From assembly GCA_963717525.1 (NCBI GenBank), contig OY970343.1:1696001-1760000 (forward strand): a DNA stretch of 64,000 nt, given 5' to 3'. The position numbers were made by a program, and so were the translations under genes. Position 1 is the first letter of the stretch; every line of letters starts with the position of its first letter. Positions 63,673-64,000 of the stretch are shown here, in pieces. Origin of the DNA: an uncultured Methanoregulaceae archaeon (GTDB lineage: Archaea; Halobacteriota; Methanomicrobia; Methanomicrobiales; Methanospirillaceae). The notes below the pieces were generated by a model, which searched no databases, was not told the origin of the DNA, and worked only from the letters and a program-made list of their open reading frames with translations.

Positions 63673-63769
63673 AACCCTGTCGCTGGCGTAGGGAAAGAAC
63701 CTCCTCGTTTTTTTCCGGTTACCTCAGAAGAGATGAATTTTTTCCGGCAATGGGCGGACAGATCCGGGA

Positions 63770-63932
63770 CTGTTAACCAGGACAGCATACGGCTGTGCAA
63801 CTTTGACCTCAGAGAATGCGTTCCCGGCGCATTTTGCCTTCGCACAGACTGCATATCCAGAGAAATTAATCGCTCTTTGATGATCTGCCGGAGTACCGTA
63901 TCATCTTCGAGGATGAGGATCTTTTTATCCAT
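63770..63932 (-). pseudogene. Degenerate response-regulator receiver fragment
   Basis: MDKKILILEDD...L..LGY.V (after a frameshift), then loss of similarity. Confidence 0.5.
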
Positions 63933-64000
63933 CTTCTGTTTTTACCTATCACTTTTCGTTATAAAATAATTCGATCACCTGTGCCAAAGGTGTGCGGCAC

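Overview
Archaeal chromosomal window, most likely a Methanomicrobiales (Methanoregula-like) methanogen. This is inferred from rps17e, a thermosome subunit, MTH865, UPF0058, PGF-CTERM surface proteins and Methanomicrobiales-style kinases. About 55 genes are present. They include a ccdA-2x redoxin(DipZ/TlpA)-msrA/glutaredoxin-msrB oxidative-repair operon, an arsR / hgcA-hgcB-(C-GCAxxG-C-C)-acr3-arsC mercury-methylation plus arsenic-resistance locus with twin operator palindromes, cbiMNQO, an intact IS481-family element with a 6-bp TSD disrupting a PEGA surface-protein gene, and a calpain-like protease. The most striking unannotated structure is a family of ~79-bp intergenic inverted-repeat elements with IS6-like ends (GGT[T/G]CTGTTGCA...TGCA[A/C]CAGAACC). 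There are eight near-full copies plus several half copies, and three pairs each bracket a single gene like a cassette. Many genes carry single-base frameshifts, probably long-read assembly errors, so pseudogene status is uncertain. No rRNA, tRNA or CRISPR array was recognised.
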